From a virus (lineage: Duplodnaviria > Caudoviricetes), in the IMG/VR virus record IMGVR_UViG_3300023184_000307, positions 1 to 36,062 of that record: a DNA stretch of 36,062 bases. One strand, written 5' to 3'. The translations under genes were made by a program, and so were the position numbers. This document shows, piece after piece, positions 1-8,179 of this stretch. Under the pieces are notes generated by a model that ran no database searches, was not told where the DNA came from, and was given only the letters and a program-made list of their open reading frames with translations. Each line of letters begins with the position of its first letter. Positions within the stretch are counted from its first letter, which is position 1.

Positions 1-1746
1 TTTTACCGTGATATTGAGTTGTCTGAGCCTGATAAGTCCACCACTGATATTCAGAAAGCCAAAGACAAAGAGACAGGCTTTAGTGACCTGAATGATGAGC
101 GTTACACACTGTATGAGTGCCACGTTGACCTAGACCTCAAAGGCTTTGAGGATGAAGAAGATGGTGAGCAAACCGGCATCATGTTGCCATACGTGGTAAC
201 ACTTATCAAAGGTACCAACGATGTATTGGCTATTCGCCGTAATTGGAACGAAGATGACCCACTCAAACTTAAACGTCAGCACTTCGTTCACTACCAATAT
301 ATTCCGGGTTTTGGAGCTTACGGCTTTGGGCTTTTCCACCTTATCGGAGGCTTTGCTAAATCCGCTACCTCTCTCATGCGGCAACTCATCGATGCCGGAA
401 CACTTGCCAACTTGCCCGGTGGACTCAAGACCCGTGGCTTGCGAATCAAAGGTGATGACACCCCCATCGCACCGGGAGAATTCCGTGATGTAGATGTGGG
501 TTCAGGCACGATCCGTGACAACATATTGCCACTACCATACAAAGAGCCAAGCCAAACTTTGTACACATTGCTTCAAAACATTGTGGATGAAGGCCGCAGG
601 TTTGCCGCTACCGCTGACATGAAAGTGTCTGACATGAGTGGCAACGCCCCTGTTGGAACCACACTGGCTCTCTTAGAGCGTCAGTTAAAAGTGATGACGG
701 CAGTGCAGGCTCGTGTGCACTTTGCACTCAAGCAAGAATTGGGTCTGCTCAAGAACATCATTCGTGATTACTCTGACACTGACTACTTGTATGAGCCAGA
801 GGGTACAAAAGGCCCACGCGCTAAACAATCTGACTATCAACACGTGGATGTAATTCCTGTGTCTGACCCCAACGCCGCGACCATGAGTCAACGTGTTGTG
901 CAGTACCAAGCTGTGATTCAGATGGCGCAGATGGCGCCTGACATCTATGACTTACCACAACTGCATCGCCGCATGTTGGAAGTGTTGGGTATCAAAAACG
1001 CAGAGAAGTTAGTGCCGCTGGAAGAAGACCAGAAGCCTACAGACCCTGTGTCTGAGAATCAGAATGTGCTCAAGGGTAAACCCCTCAAAGCGTTCATGTA
1101 CCAAGATCATCAGTCGCATATCCAAGTGCACATGATGTTGTTGCAAGACCCACTGATTCAGCAGTTCATTGGTCAGAACCCACGTGCTCCGGCCATTCAA
1201 GCGGCGCTGACTGCACACGTTGCAGAACACGTTGGCTACATGATGCGTCAGAAGATTGAGCAACAACTTGGTATGCCACTGCCTCCAGAAGATGAGAAGT
1301 TGCCACCAAACGTGGAGTTGGCTCTGTCAGCAATGATGGCGCAAGCGGCCAACCAAGTGCTCATGCAAGATCAGGCCAAGGCCGCACAGATGCAAGCACA
1401 ACAGCAAGCACAAGACCCCGTGGTTCAGATGCAGATGCAAGAGTTGCAGATCAAGCAAGGCGAGTTGGAGTTGAAGAAGCAGAAGTTGATGATGGAGTCT
1501 GCAGCCGCTTCCGACAAGCAAGATTTGGAAGAGCAAAAGGTCAGCGGTCAACTGCAACTGGAGTCTATGCGTGTTGGCGCACAGATCAAAGAAAGCCAAG
1601 CCAAGCAACAGTTTGAGCAAGAACGCACCGGTGTTCAGATGGGCGCTGAGATTGCAAAGAACCAGAAGCAAATGGATTTGCAAGCACGCACTACTGCACT
1701 ACAGCACGTATCACGCAACCAACCCAAAACGGAACCTAAATCATGA
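1..1746 (+). CDS. Portal protein, 5'-truncated (P22/podovirus-like, Gln-rich coiled-coil C-terminus)
   Basis: Frame is open from base 1 (FYRDIELSEPD...). Motifs LPYVVT, HFVHYQYIPGFGAYGFGL, LIDAGTLANLPGG and APVGTTLALLE; position ahead of scaffold and capsid genes. Confidence 0.85.
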   Translation, partial: FYRDIELSEPDKSTTDIQKAKDKETGFSDLNDERYTLYECHVDLDLKGFEDEEDGEQTGIMLPYVVTLIKGTNDVLAIRRNWNEDDPLKLKRQHFVHYQYIPGFGAYGFGLFHLIGGFAKSATSLMRQLIDAGTLANLPGGLKTRGLRIKGDDTPIAPGEFRDVDVGSGTIRDNILPLPYKEPSQTLYTLLQNIVDEGRRFAATADMKVSDMSGNAPVGTTLALLERQLKVMTAVQARVHFALKQELGLLKNIIRDYSDTDYLYEPEGTKGPRAKQSDYQHVDVIPVSDPNAATMSQRVVQYQAVIQMAQMAPDIYDLPQLHRRMLEVLGIKNAEKLVPLEEDQKPTDPVSENQNVLKGKPLKAFMYQDHQSHIQVHMMLLQDPLIQQFIGQNPRAPAIQAALTAHVAEHVGYMMRQKIEQQLGMPLPPEDEKLPPNVELALSAMMAQAANQVLMQDQAKAAQMQAQQQAQDPVVQMQMQELQIKQGELELKKQKLMMESAAASDKQDLEEQKVSGQLQLESMRVGAQIKESQAKQQFEQERTGVQMGAEIAKNQKQMDLQARTTALQHVSRNQPKTEPKS

Positions 1747-1937
1747 TCCAAGAATTCGCACGTGTATTGCGCGAAAAAATACGCACCGACATGAACAACT
1801 ACGCTGACGATTTGTCAGGTGGTGGGTGTCGCACATTTGAAGAGTATCAAAAACTTTGCGGGGTGATTCAGGGTCTAGCCCTTGCAGAGCGTTATCTCCT
1901 TGACCTTGCACAGAAAGTTGAACAATCCGATGAGTGA
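1743..1937 (+). CDS. Small hypothetical protein (64 aa)
   Basis: ATGA overlap with the portal stop; helical sequence; fills the gap before the GroES-like gene. Confidence 0.75.
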   Translation: MIQEFARVLREKIRTDMNNYADDLSGGGCRTFEEYQKLCGVIQGLALAERYLLDLAQKVEQSDE

Positions 1938-2367
1938 TATTGATCTTTCCCCCGGTGCTTTTGCACTGCCTGAACCCATCCAACCTTTGGATGCACCTGA
2001 AGCTGAAGCTAACGACGAGCAGAAGGCCACACAACTTCCCATCCCAACAGGTTGGAAGATTCTTTGTGCTGTGCCCGACCTCTCTGAAAAAATAGACGGT
2101 ACAAGTTTAGACTTAGTCCGACCTATTGAAAGCATGCGCCAAGAAGAAACAGCAACCACTGTGTTGTTTGTTATGAAAGTTGGCCCTGATGCGTACAACG
2201 ACACCGCCAAGTTTCCTAACGGAGCATGGTGTAAAGAAGGCGACTTCGTCTTAGTACGTACCTACTCTGGCACAAGGTTCAAAATCTTTGGCAAAGAGTT
2301 CCGTCTCATCAACGACGACCAAGTTGATGCTGTTGTGCAAGACCCCCGTGGCTTAACCCGCGCATAA
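1930..2367 (+). CDS. GroES/Cpn10-like co-chaperonin
   Basis: PTGWKIL...VMKVGPDAY...WCKEGDFVLVRTYSG...FRLINDDQVDAVV matches the GroES pattern. ATG at 1930 is preferred over the track start at 1882. Confidence 0.85.
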   Translation: MSDIDLSPGAFALPEPIQPLDAPEAEANDEQKATQLPIPTGWKILCAVPDLSEKIDGTSLDLVRPIESMRQEETATTVLFVMKVGPDAYNDTAKFPNGAWCKEGDFVLVRTYSGTRFKIFGKEFRLINDDQVDAVVQDPRGLTRA

Positions 2368-2377
2368 AGGATTCAAA

Positions 2378-3331
2378 ATGCCTGAAGCATATAAATTTCC
2401 TGACGAAGATGGTGGAACCGACACAAAATCGGTAGACATTGAAAACGAAAGTACTGATATTGAGATAGAAATCGTTGACGACACCCCCCAAGAAGACCGT
2501 GGCCGCAAGCCATTGGGACGCGAAGTGGATGATCCGTCTGATGATGAGCTTGATTCGTACACCGATGGCGTTAAAAAACGCATCAAAGAGCTAACACACG
2601 CCCGTCATGACGAGCGCCGTGCCAAAGAAGCCCTTGCACGTGAGAAACAAGAGTTGGAGCGCATTGCGCAACACATCTTAGAGGAAAATAAACGCCTCAA
2701 AATGCACGTAAGCACGGGTGAACAGACTTATTCTGAAACAATCAAGGCGGCAACACATGCCGAGCTTGAAAATGCCAAGCGTAAGTACAAAGAAGCATAC
2801 GAAGCAGGCGATTCTGATGCTCTGTTAGAGGCACAAGAGGCCATGACAGACGCCAAGATGCGTGTAGAAGCTGCAAAAAACTTTAGACCTACCCCTTTAC
2901 AACAAGATGATATTGATGTACAAATCAGGTCATCTCCTCCACCCCGACAAGAGATCGACGATAAAACCTTGCGCTGGCAAGCAAAAAACCAGTGGTTCGG
3001 TCAACCGGGGTATGAAGAACTAACCAGCTTTTCTCTAGGGCTGCATCAAAAACTAGTGAACTCGGGGGTTGACCCTCGCTCTGACGAATATTTCGAGCGC
3101 ATTGATGCTCGCATTAAATCAACTTTTCCAGAAGTATTTGGGAAGGAAGATAAGCCTAAATCGGTTGATAGCTCTAAAAAGGCTGCAACAGTAGTCGCTT
3201 CGGCGACCAGATCGTCTGGGGTAAGAAAAGTTGAAATGTCGCCAACGCAAGTCGCCTTGGCTAAAAAATTTGGATTAACCCCACAGCAATACGCTGTTGA
3301 ATTAGCAAAATTGGAGAAACAAAATGGCTGA
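2378..3331 (+). CDS. Putative capsid scaffolding protein
   Basis: Acidic N-terminus, long coiled coil, C-terminal LAKKFGLTPQQYA helix; SD AAGGA; lies between portal and capsid. Confidence 0.7.
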   Translation: MPEAYKFPDEDGGTDTKSVDIENESTDIEIEIVDDTPQEDRGRKPLGREVDDPSDDELDSYTDGVKKRIKELTHARHDERRAKEALAREKQELERIAQHILEENKRLKMHVSTGEQTYSETIKAATHAELENAKRKYKEAYEAGDSDALLEAQEAMTDAKMRVEAAKNFRPTPLQQDDIDVQIRSSPPPRQEIDDKTLRWQAKNQWFGQPGYEELTSFSLGLHQKLVNSGVDPRSDEYFERIDARIKSTFPEVFGKEDKPKSVDSSKKAATVVASATRSSGVRKVEMSPTQVALAKKFGLTPQQYAVELAKLEKQNG

Positions 3332-3782
3332 AACTGTTGACCGCATCACACGTGACTTAAAAACACGCGAAAAATCTGTTCGTTCGGTATACGTACCGCC
3401 GAGCAACCTGCCCGATCCGACACCTGATCCTGATTACATGTTCCGCTGGATTGCGACGCATGTGCTAGGTCAGCCGTTATCCAACAACGTGTCTTTACAG
3501 ATGCGCGATGGTTACGAGCCGGTGAAAGCAGTGGATCATCCAGAATTGGCTTTGTTTGGCAACAACGCAAACGGCAATGTGGAAATTGGTGGGCTGATGC
3601 TTTGCAAGGCTCCCAAGGAACGCATCCAAGCACGCGCTGATTACTATGCCAACCAATCCCAAAACCAGATGGATTCAGTTGACAATCATTTCATGCGAAA
3701 TAACGACCCTCGGATGCCCTTGTTTGCTGACCGCAAGTCAACAACAAGTCGCGGAACAGGATTTGGTTCTGGTTCTAAATAA
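3324..3782 (+). CDS. Head-module hypothetical protein (152 aa)
   Basis: Overlaps the scaffold stop; SD GGAG; globular sequence (FRWIA, DGYEPV, IGGLMLCK). Confidence 0.75.
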   Translation: MAETVDRITRDLKTREKSVRSVYVPPSNLPDPTPDPDYMFRWIATHVLGQPLSNNVSLQMRDGYEPVKAVDHPELALFGNNANGNVEIGGLMLCKAPKERIQARADYYANQSQNQMDSVDNHFMRNNDPRMPLFADRKSTTSRGTGFGSGSK

Positions 3783-3797
3783 TTTATAGGAGTCTTT

Positions 3798-4622
3798 ATG
3801 GCTTATCCGGTTATTGATGCCCCTTACGGGCTAAAACCGATCAACTTGATCGGAGGTCAGGTCTTTGCGGGTTCTACTCGTGAATATCCGATCACTAACG
3901 GTTACTCTACAAACATTTTCTACGGTGATTACGTAGGTTTGTCTCGTGGTGAAATCGTTCGTTTGTCTGTGTCTACTGGCACAGCAGGCAATCAAACAGG
4001 TGTCTTCTTAGGATGCCGTTTTACAAACCCTGTCACTAAACAATTGACTTTCTCGCAATACTGGCCCGCATCTACTGCGGCTGGCGATGCAGTAGCCATT
4101 GTCAGTGATGATCCTGATGCCGTCTTTAAGGTTGCGGTTTGCTCTGCAACTACTGCTATTGCTTCTGGTGCCCGTGCAATGATTGGTCAAAACTTGGCCA
4201 TGATTAACAACACAGGTAGCACTGCAACTGGCGACTCTAAGAACGCAGCATTGGCTCCCAGTGCAACACCTGCTACTACATCATCTTTGCCCGTTCGCGT
4301 GCTTGGCTTGGTGCCTGATACGGCTGTTTCGCTTGGAACTGTGACGTATACCAGCATTTCTACCGCTACTGTTACATGCTCGGCTTTGCCAAGCGCGTTA
4401 GTTGTTGGTACTGACGTTGGTTCGCTGGATTCAAACGGTCAATACGTTTCTTCTGGTTCTTTTGTTACCACCGCCGCAGCCGCCGGTGCTACATCGTTTA
4501 TTTTGAATCAAGCTCCTGTTGCTACATTGAACACTACCATTGTGTTGATGCAGTACCCAGAGATTCTGGTCAAGATCAACTTTGGCCAGCATCAGTACTA
4601 TGCTGGCACCAGCATTGCTTAA
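3798..4622 (+). CDS. Putative capsid cement/decoration protein
   Basis: SD AGGAG; beta-rich (PYGLKP, NIFYGD, GVFLGC, DDPDAVFKV); directly upstream of the major capsid gene. Confidence 0.6.
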   Translation: MAYPVIDAPYGLKPINLIGGQVFAGSTREYPITNGYSTNIFYGDYVGLSRGEIVRLSVSTGTAGNQTGVFLGCRFTNPVTKQLTFSQYWPASTAAGDAVAIVSDDPDAVFKVAVCSATTAIASGARAMIGQNLAMINNTGSTATGDSKNAALAPSATPATTSSLPVRVLGLVPDTAVSLGTVTYTSISTATVTCSALPSALVVGTDVGSLDSNGQYVSSGSFVTTAAAAGATSFILNQAPVATLNTTIVLMQYPEILVKINFGQHQYYAGTSIA

Positions 4623-4635
4623 GGAGTAACTTAAA

Positions 4636-5547
4636 ATGGCAATTTCACGCGCACAACTACTTAAAGAACTGCTCCCGGGCCTCAACGCCTTGTTTGGTTT
4701 GCAGTACGCTACCTACGGCGAAGAGCACAAAGAAATCTACGAAACAGAGAAATCTGAGCGTAGCTTCGAAGAAGAGACAAAACTGTCTGGCTTCTCTGCG
4801 GCTCCTGTCAAGAACGAGGGTTCAGCTATTGCTTATGACAATGCGCAAGAAGCGTTCACGGCTCGCTATAACCACGAAACCGTTGCCTTGGGTTTCTCAA
4901 TCACTGAAGAAGCGGTTGAAGATAACTTGTACGACAGCTTGTCTGCTCGCTACACCAAGGGCTTGGCTCGTGCTATGGCCTACACCAAGCAGGTTAAAGC
5001 TGCATCCGTCTTAAACAACGGTTTCAGCGCAGCCTATGTTGGTGGCGATGGTGTTGCTCTGTTCTCTACAGCGCACCCATTAGTGTCTGGTGGCACTAAC
5101 AGCAACCGTCCTTCAACCAATGCTGACTTGAATGAAACATCGTTGGAAAACGCTGTTATTCAGATCGCCGCTTGGACTGATGAGCGTGGCCTGTTGATCG
5201 CCGCTAAGCCTAAGAAATTGATTGTGCCTCCAGCACTTCAGTTCGTTGCTACTCGTTTGCTCGAAACCAGCCTCCGTGTTGGTACAACAGACAACGACAT
5301 CAACGCGTTGAAGAACAATGGCTCGATTCCTGACGGCTACACAATCAACCACTACCTGACCGACACAAACGGCTGGTTCTTGACAACTGACGTACCTAAC
5401 GGCTTGAAGCACTTCGAGCGTATGGCGTTGTCCACATCTATGGATGGTGACTTCGACACAGGTAACGTTCGTTACAAGGCCCGTGAGCGTTATTCGTTCG
5501 GCTGGTCTGATCCATTGGGCGTCTTTGGCTCCCCCGGTTCAGCCTAA
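4636..5547 (+). CDS. Major capsid protein (HK97 fold, Mu gpT-like)
   Basis: MAISRAQLLKELLPGLNALFG, FSITEEAVEDNLY, GDGVALFSTAHP, LIVPPALQF, DFDTGNVRYKARERYSFGWSDP; SD AAGGAG; followed by a terminator. Confidence 0.9.
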   Translation: MAISRAQLLKELLPGLNALFGLQYATYGEEHKEIYETEKSERSFEEETKLSGFSAAPVKNEGSAIAYDNAQEAFTARYNHETVALGFSITEEAVEDNLYDSLSARYTKGLARAMAYTKQVKAASVLNNGFSAAYVGGDGVALFSTAHPLVSGGTNSNRPSTNADLNETSLENAVIQIAAWTDERGLLIAAKPKKLIVPPALQFVATRLLETSLRVGTTDNDINALKNNGSIPDGYTINHYLTDTNGWFLTTDVPNGLKHFERMALSTSMDGDFDTGNVRYKARERYSFGWSDPLGVFGSPGSA

Positions 5548-5565
5548 TATTTCTTCGGAAATATT
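5546..5565 (+). other. Hairpin with cUUCGg tetraloop at the capsid stop codon
   Basis: AATATTTC-TTCG-GAAATATT, perfect 8-bp stem. Confidence 0.7.
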
Positions 5566-5566
5566 T

Positions 5567-5595
5567 AAAAGGGGCCTTGTGCCCCTTTTTCTTTT
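5567..5595 (+). terminator. Rho-independent terminator
   Basis: AAAAGGGGC-CTTGT-GCCCCTTTT followed by TCTTTT. Confidence 0.85.
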
Positions 5596-5605
5596 GGTGT
5601 ATATT
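5577..5605 (+). promoter_or_regulatory. Putative sigma70 promoter overlapping the terminator
   Basis: -35 TTGTGC (5577-5582), 17-bp spacer, -10 TATATT (5600-5605). Predicted start near 5612, just before the structured RNA. Confidence 0.45.
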
Positions 5606-5614
5606 GACTTTAAT

Positions 5615-5690
5615 CCGGGCTTTCCGGTGCATCAAACAGTCCCGGCTGACGACATACAGATTGATGCACTCCACTTGTATGTAAGGAAAT
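5615..5690 (+). ncRNA. Pseudoknotted structured RNA, probably the Mu-gpT-DE motif
   Basis: Three interleaved helices: CCGGG 5615-19 with CCCGG 5641-45; GTGCATCAA 5627-35 with TTGATGCAC 5661-69; ACATACA 5652-58 with TGTATGT 5676-82. It lies directly downstream of a Mu gpT-like capsid gene. The family name rests on context, not a covariance search. Confidence 0.65.
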
Positions 5691-5693
5691 ATC

Positions 5694-6176
5694 ATGGGAT
5701 TTGCAACACACCTTGGCCCTTGGCTGCTCGGCACTGTTAAAAACACAACCGGCACCACTGCTGGCACGATTCGCAACATGGGCGCAACTGTCGTAACTCA
5801 GACTGGCGCAACCACTGTAAGCGACACAACTGCTACTACTTTGTTTGTCTTGCCTGCTGGCGCAATGATTAACAACTTTATCGTGAACATTACCACTGCC
5901 TATGCAGGTACAACCGGTAACACAATCACTGTGAAGATTGGCTCTACAACTTTGGGTACTGTTGGTGGTGCTACCACTACACCTTTGTCTGTTGGCCGCG
6001 CAACATTCACCATCACTGACGCAAGTATTGCTACCTATGAAAACGTAGGTTCAACTGACGCAATCGTTACAGTTACTTACGCTTGTGCTGGTACAGCCAG
6101 CGGCGGCGCTGCTAGCGTGACTTGTGTCTACACAGTCCGTGGTTCTGATGGTGTTGCTAACCCCAGCCAAGCTTAA
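5694..6176 (+). CDS. Thr-rich beta-sandwich virion protein (minor capsid/decoration-like)
   Basis: SD AAGGA; LPAGAMI motif; Thr/Ala/Gly-rich strands. Confidence 0.65.
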   Translation: MGFATHLGPWLLGTVKNTTGTTAGTIRNMGATVVTQTGATTVSDTTATTLFVLPAGAMINNFIVNITTAYAGTTGNTITVKIGSTTLGTVGGATTTPLSVGRATFTITDASIATYENVGSTDAIVTVTYACAGTASGGAASVTCVYTVRGSDGVANPSQA

Positions 6177-6184
6177 TTGATCTA

Positions 6185-6204
6185 GGGGGCTTCGGCCCCC
6201 ATTT
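6185..6204 (+). terminator. GC hairpin with cUUCGg loop; weak terminator or RNA stabiliser
   Basis: GGGGGC-TTCG-GCCCCC followed only by ATTT. Confidence 0.6.
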
Positions 6205-6219
6205 ACAAGGGGATTGATT

Positions 6220-6513
6220 ATGATGCAGACAGACGTAAAAGCGGCGCATTTGAGCGCGGCGGGTTCTTTTATATCGGGGCGAACACGCCTTAGAGGTATT
6301 GTGGTTAGCCCCAAAGCTACAACAGCGGCAACATTTGAAATTCGTGATGGCAGCGCCACTGCTGCTGTGTTGTTTACAATGGATATTGCCAGCGTTGCCA
6401 CCCCGGTAAACTTTAATATCACAATACCCGGCGAAGGTATTGTGGCATCTACAGGACTGTACTTAACAACCAGCGTAGGAACTGTTGTGGGTATTGAAGT
6501 ATTCTATGGCTAA
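6220..6513 (+). CDS. Small beta-rich structural hypothetical protein
   Basis: ATG at 6220 after AAGGGG; MQTDVKA...IPGEGI...FYG. Confidence 0.7.
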   Translation: MMQTDVKAAHLSAAGSFISGRTRLRGIVVSPKATTAATFEIRDGSATAAVLFTMDIASVATPVNFNITIPGEGIVASTGLYLTTSVGTVVGIEVFYG

Positions 6514-6763
6514 GAAAAAAGGCCCCGTTTTATCCGTTGGAAGAGGCGAGAAATTGCCCGTATCCAAGGGGGCGGGTTTGACTGCCAAAGGCCGTGCTAA
6601 GTACAACGCGGCTACGGGTAGTAACCTGAAGGCTCCACAGCCACAAGGCGGTAAGCGCAAGGATTCGTTCTGCGCACGCATGTCAGGTATGCCCGGCCCA
6701 ATGAAAGACGAGAAGGGTAAGCCCACCCGTAAGGCGGCTGCTCTTGCAAGATGGAAGTGCTGA
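6506..6763 (+). CDS. Small basic protein (DUF6321-like)
   Basis: GLTAKGRAKYN...NLKAP...RKDSFCARMSG...ARWKC; ATG at 6506 overlaps the previous stop. Family recalled, not searched. Confidence 0.65.
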   Translation: MAKKKGPVLSVGRGEKLPVSKGAGLTAKGRAKYNAATGSNLKAPQPQGGKRKDSFCARMSGMPGPMKDEKGKPTRKAAALARWKC

Positions 6764-6764
6764 T

Positions 6765-6971
6765 ATGACTGAACATACAGACAATGTAAAAAACGTTTTA
6801 GATGTTGTGGCAATATTCACGACTGTTGGAACCTTTCTTGAGATAATTTCACCTGTGTTTGGATTTATCGGCGCAGTTGTCGGCTTGATGCGTATCTACG
6901 AGATGGCCACCGGCAAAGAATTCAGTACCCTTTTCAAAAGAAAGAAGGCTGACGATGCCATCGACCAGTAA
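6765..6971 (+). CDS. Small membrane protein, holin-like
   Basis: Two hydrophobic segments and a basic tail (KRKK). Confidence 0.55.
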   Translation: MTEHTDNVKNVLDVVAIFTTVGTFLEIISPVFGFIGAVVGLMRIYEMATGKEFSTLFKRKKADDAIDQ

Positions 6972-7395
6972 AAAACAACACAACTTCATGGCTGCAATTG
7001 CGAATAATCCCGCGTTTGCCAAGAAGGTAGGAATACCGCAAAGCGTTGGAAAAGATTTCAACGAAGCGGATAAGGGTAAGAAGTTTGGTAAGGGTGGGGA
7101 AACTCGTCCAGATGTGCAAGGTATCAACAAGCCTAAAACCGATCACGGAAAAATGGCTTTTTTTAAAGAAGGTGGTAATACTATGGCTTCCAAAATGAAT
7201 CCCGGCTTCATGGCAATGATGGCTAAGAAAAAAGGCACTGGCAAAATGGCTGGTGGCGGTATGGCAATGGGCAAAGTTAAAACAGCCGCCCCTAGCCGTG
7301 ATGGTATTGCTGAAAAAGGCAAGACCAAAGGCACCATGATTGCCATGAAAGCTGGCGGCATGAAGAAGATGAACAAGGGCGGCAAAGCCTGCTAA
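6955..7395 (+). CDS. Lys/Gly/Met-rich basic protein with five hydrophobic-x-x-GG motifs
   Basis: FGKGG, FKEGG, MAGGG, MKAGG, MNKGG. Possible in-frame internal start at 7183 after GAAGGTGG. Confidence 0.75.
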   Translation: MPSTSKKQHNFMAAIANNPAFAKKVGIPQSVGKDFNEADKGKKFGKGGETRPDVQGINKPKTDHGKMAFFKEGGNTMASKMNPGFMAMMAKKKGTGKMAGGGMAMGKVKTAAPSRDGIAEKGKTKGTMIAMKAGGMKKMNKGGKAC

Positions 7396-7399
7396 TGTC

Positions 7400-7675
7400 A
7401 TGATGGCCAGCCGTGGAATGGGGGACATCTCCCCCTCTAAAATGCCCAAGGGCGTCAAGAAAGCCCGGCGGGACGATACTGACTTCACGCAATACGCTGA
7501 AGGCGGTAAAGTGAATGCGGCTGGCAATTACACTAAGCCGAATCTTCGCAAGAGGATTGTGTCTCAAGTAAAAGCCGCAGCAACGCAAGGCACTGGCGCA
7601 GGTCAGTGGTCGGCTCGTAAAGCTCAGCTTGTTGCTAAGAAGTACAAAGCCGCAGGCGGTGGGTATCGTGACTAA
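7400..7675 (+). CDS. Small basic protein (N-terminal half of a DUF5872-like module)
   Basis: YAEGG then YTKPNLRKRI...GQWSARKAQL...KYKAAGGGY. Confidence 0.65.
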   Translation: MMASRGMGDISPSKMPKGVKKARRDDTDFTQYAEGGKVNAAGNYTKPNLRKRIVSQVKAAATQGTGAGQWSARKAQLVAKKYKAAGGGYRD

Positions 7676-8006
7676 GTGGTCTGAAAAGCGCAAGAAGTCC
7701 ATAGACTGTAATAACCCAAAAGGTTTTTCGGAAAAGGCCCATTGTGCGAGTGTTAAAAAAGCTGGTGGTGGATTGGCTAAACCGCAACAGTCTCTCAAGG
7801 ACTGGGGCAAACAAGATTGGACAACCAAAAGTGGTAAAAAATCTTCTGACACTGGTGAACGATACCTTCCAAAAGCTGCGATCAAAAGTCTTAGCCCTAG
7901 TGAATACGCTGCGACGACCAAAGCCAAGCGAGCCGGAAAAGCCGCCGGAAAACAATTCGTAGCACAACCCAAAACGATTGCAAAGAAAACAGCGGGGTTT
8001 AGATAA
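7668..8006 (+). CDS. Small basic protein (C-terminal half of a DUF5872-like module)
   Basis: GTG at 7668 overlaps the previous stop; SIDCNNPKGFSEKAHC module, then QSLKDW...GERYLPK...GKQFV. Confidence 0.65.
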   Translation: MTKWSEKRKKSIDCNNPKGFSEKAHCASVKKAGGGLAKPQQSLKDWGKQDWTTKSGKKSSDTGERYLPKAAIKSLSPSEYAATTKAKRAGKAAGKQFVAQPKTIAKKTAGFR

Positions 8007-8179
8007 TGGCTGAAAAGTGGATTCAAAAAGCGATCAAGAAGCCCGGTGCTTTGCGCTCCGCTCTTGGTGCTAAAAAAGGTGAACCGATTCCTGCAAAGAA
8101 GCTGAACGCCGCTGCAAAACAACCCGGTAAAATGGGGCAGCGTGCGCGTTTGGCTAAAACTCTTAAGAGCTTTAAATGA
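8006..8179 (+). CDS. 57-aa basic protein (not in ORF track)
   Basis: MAEKWIQKAIKKPGALRSALGAKKGEPIPAKKLNAAAKQPGKMGQRARLAKTLKSFK; TAATG and ATGA overlaps fill the gap exactly. Confidence 0.8.
   Translation: MAEKWIQKAIKKPGALRSALGAKKGEPIPAKKLNAAAKQPGKMGQRARLAKTLKSFK

Noticed and set aside
5604-5632. Alternative promoter using TTGACT as -35
   Set aside because: No acceptable -10 at 16-18 bp.
5612-5692. Hammerhead ribozyme (CUGACGA at 5646-5652 between two stems)
   Set aside because: GAAA does not directly follow stem II (UAAG intervenes) and there is no properly placed UH cleavage site before stem I.
7158-7167. Programmed frameshift at a T7 run
   Set aside because: No clear stimulatory structure, and the zero frame continues sensibly.
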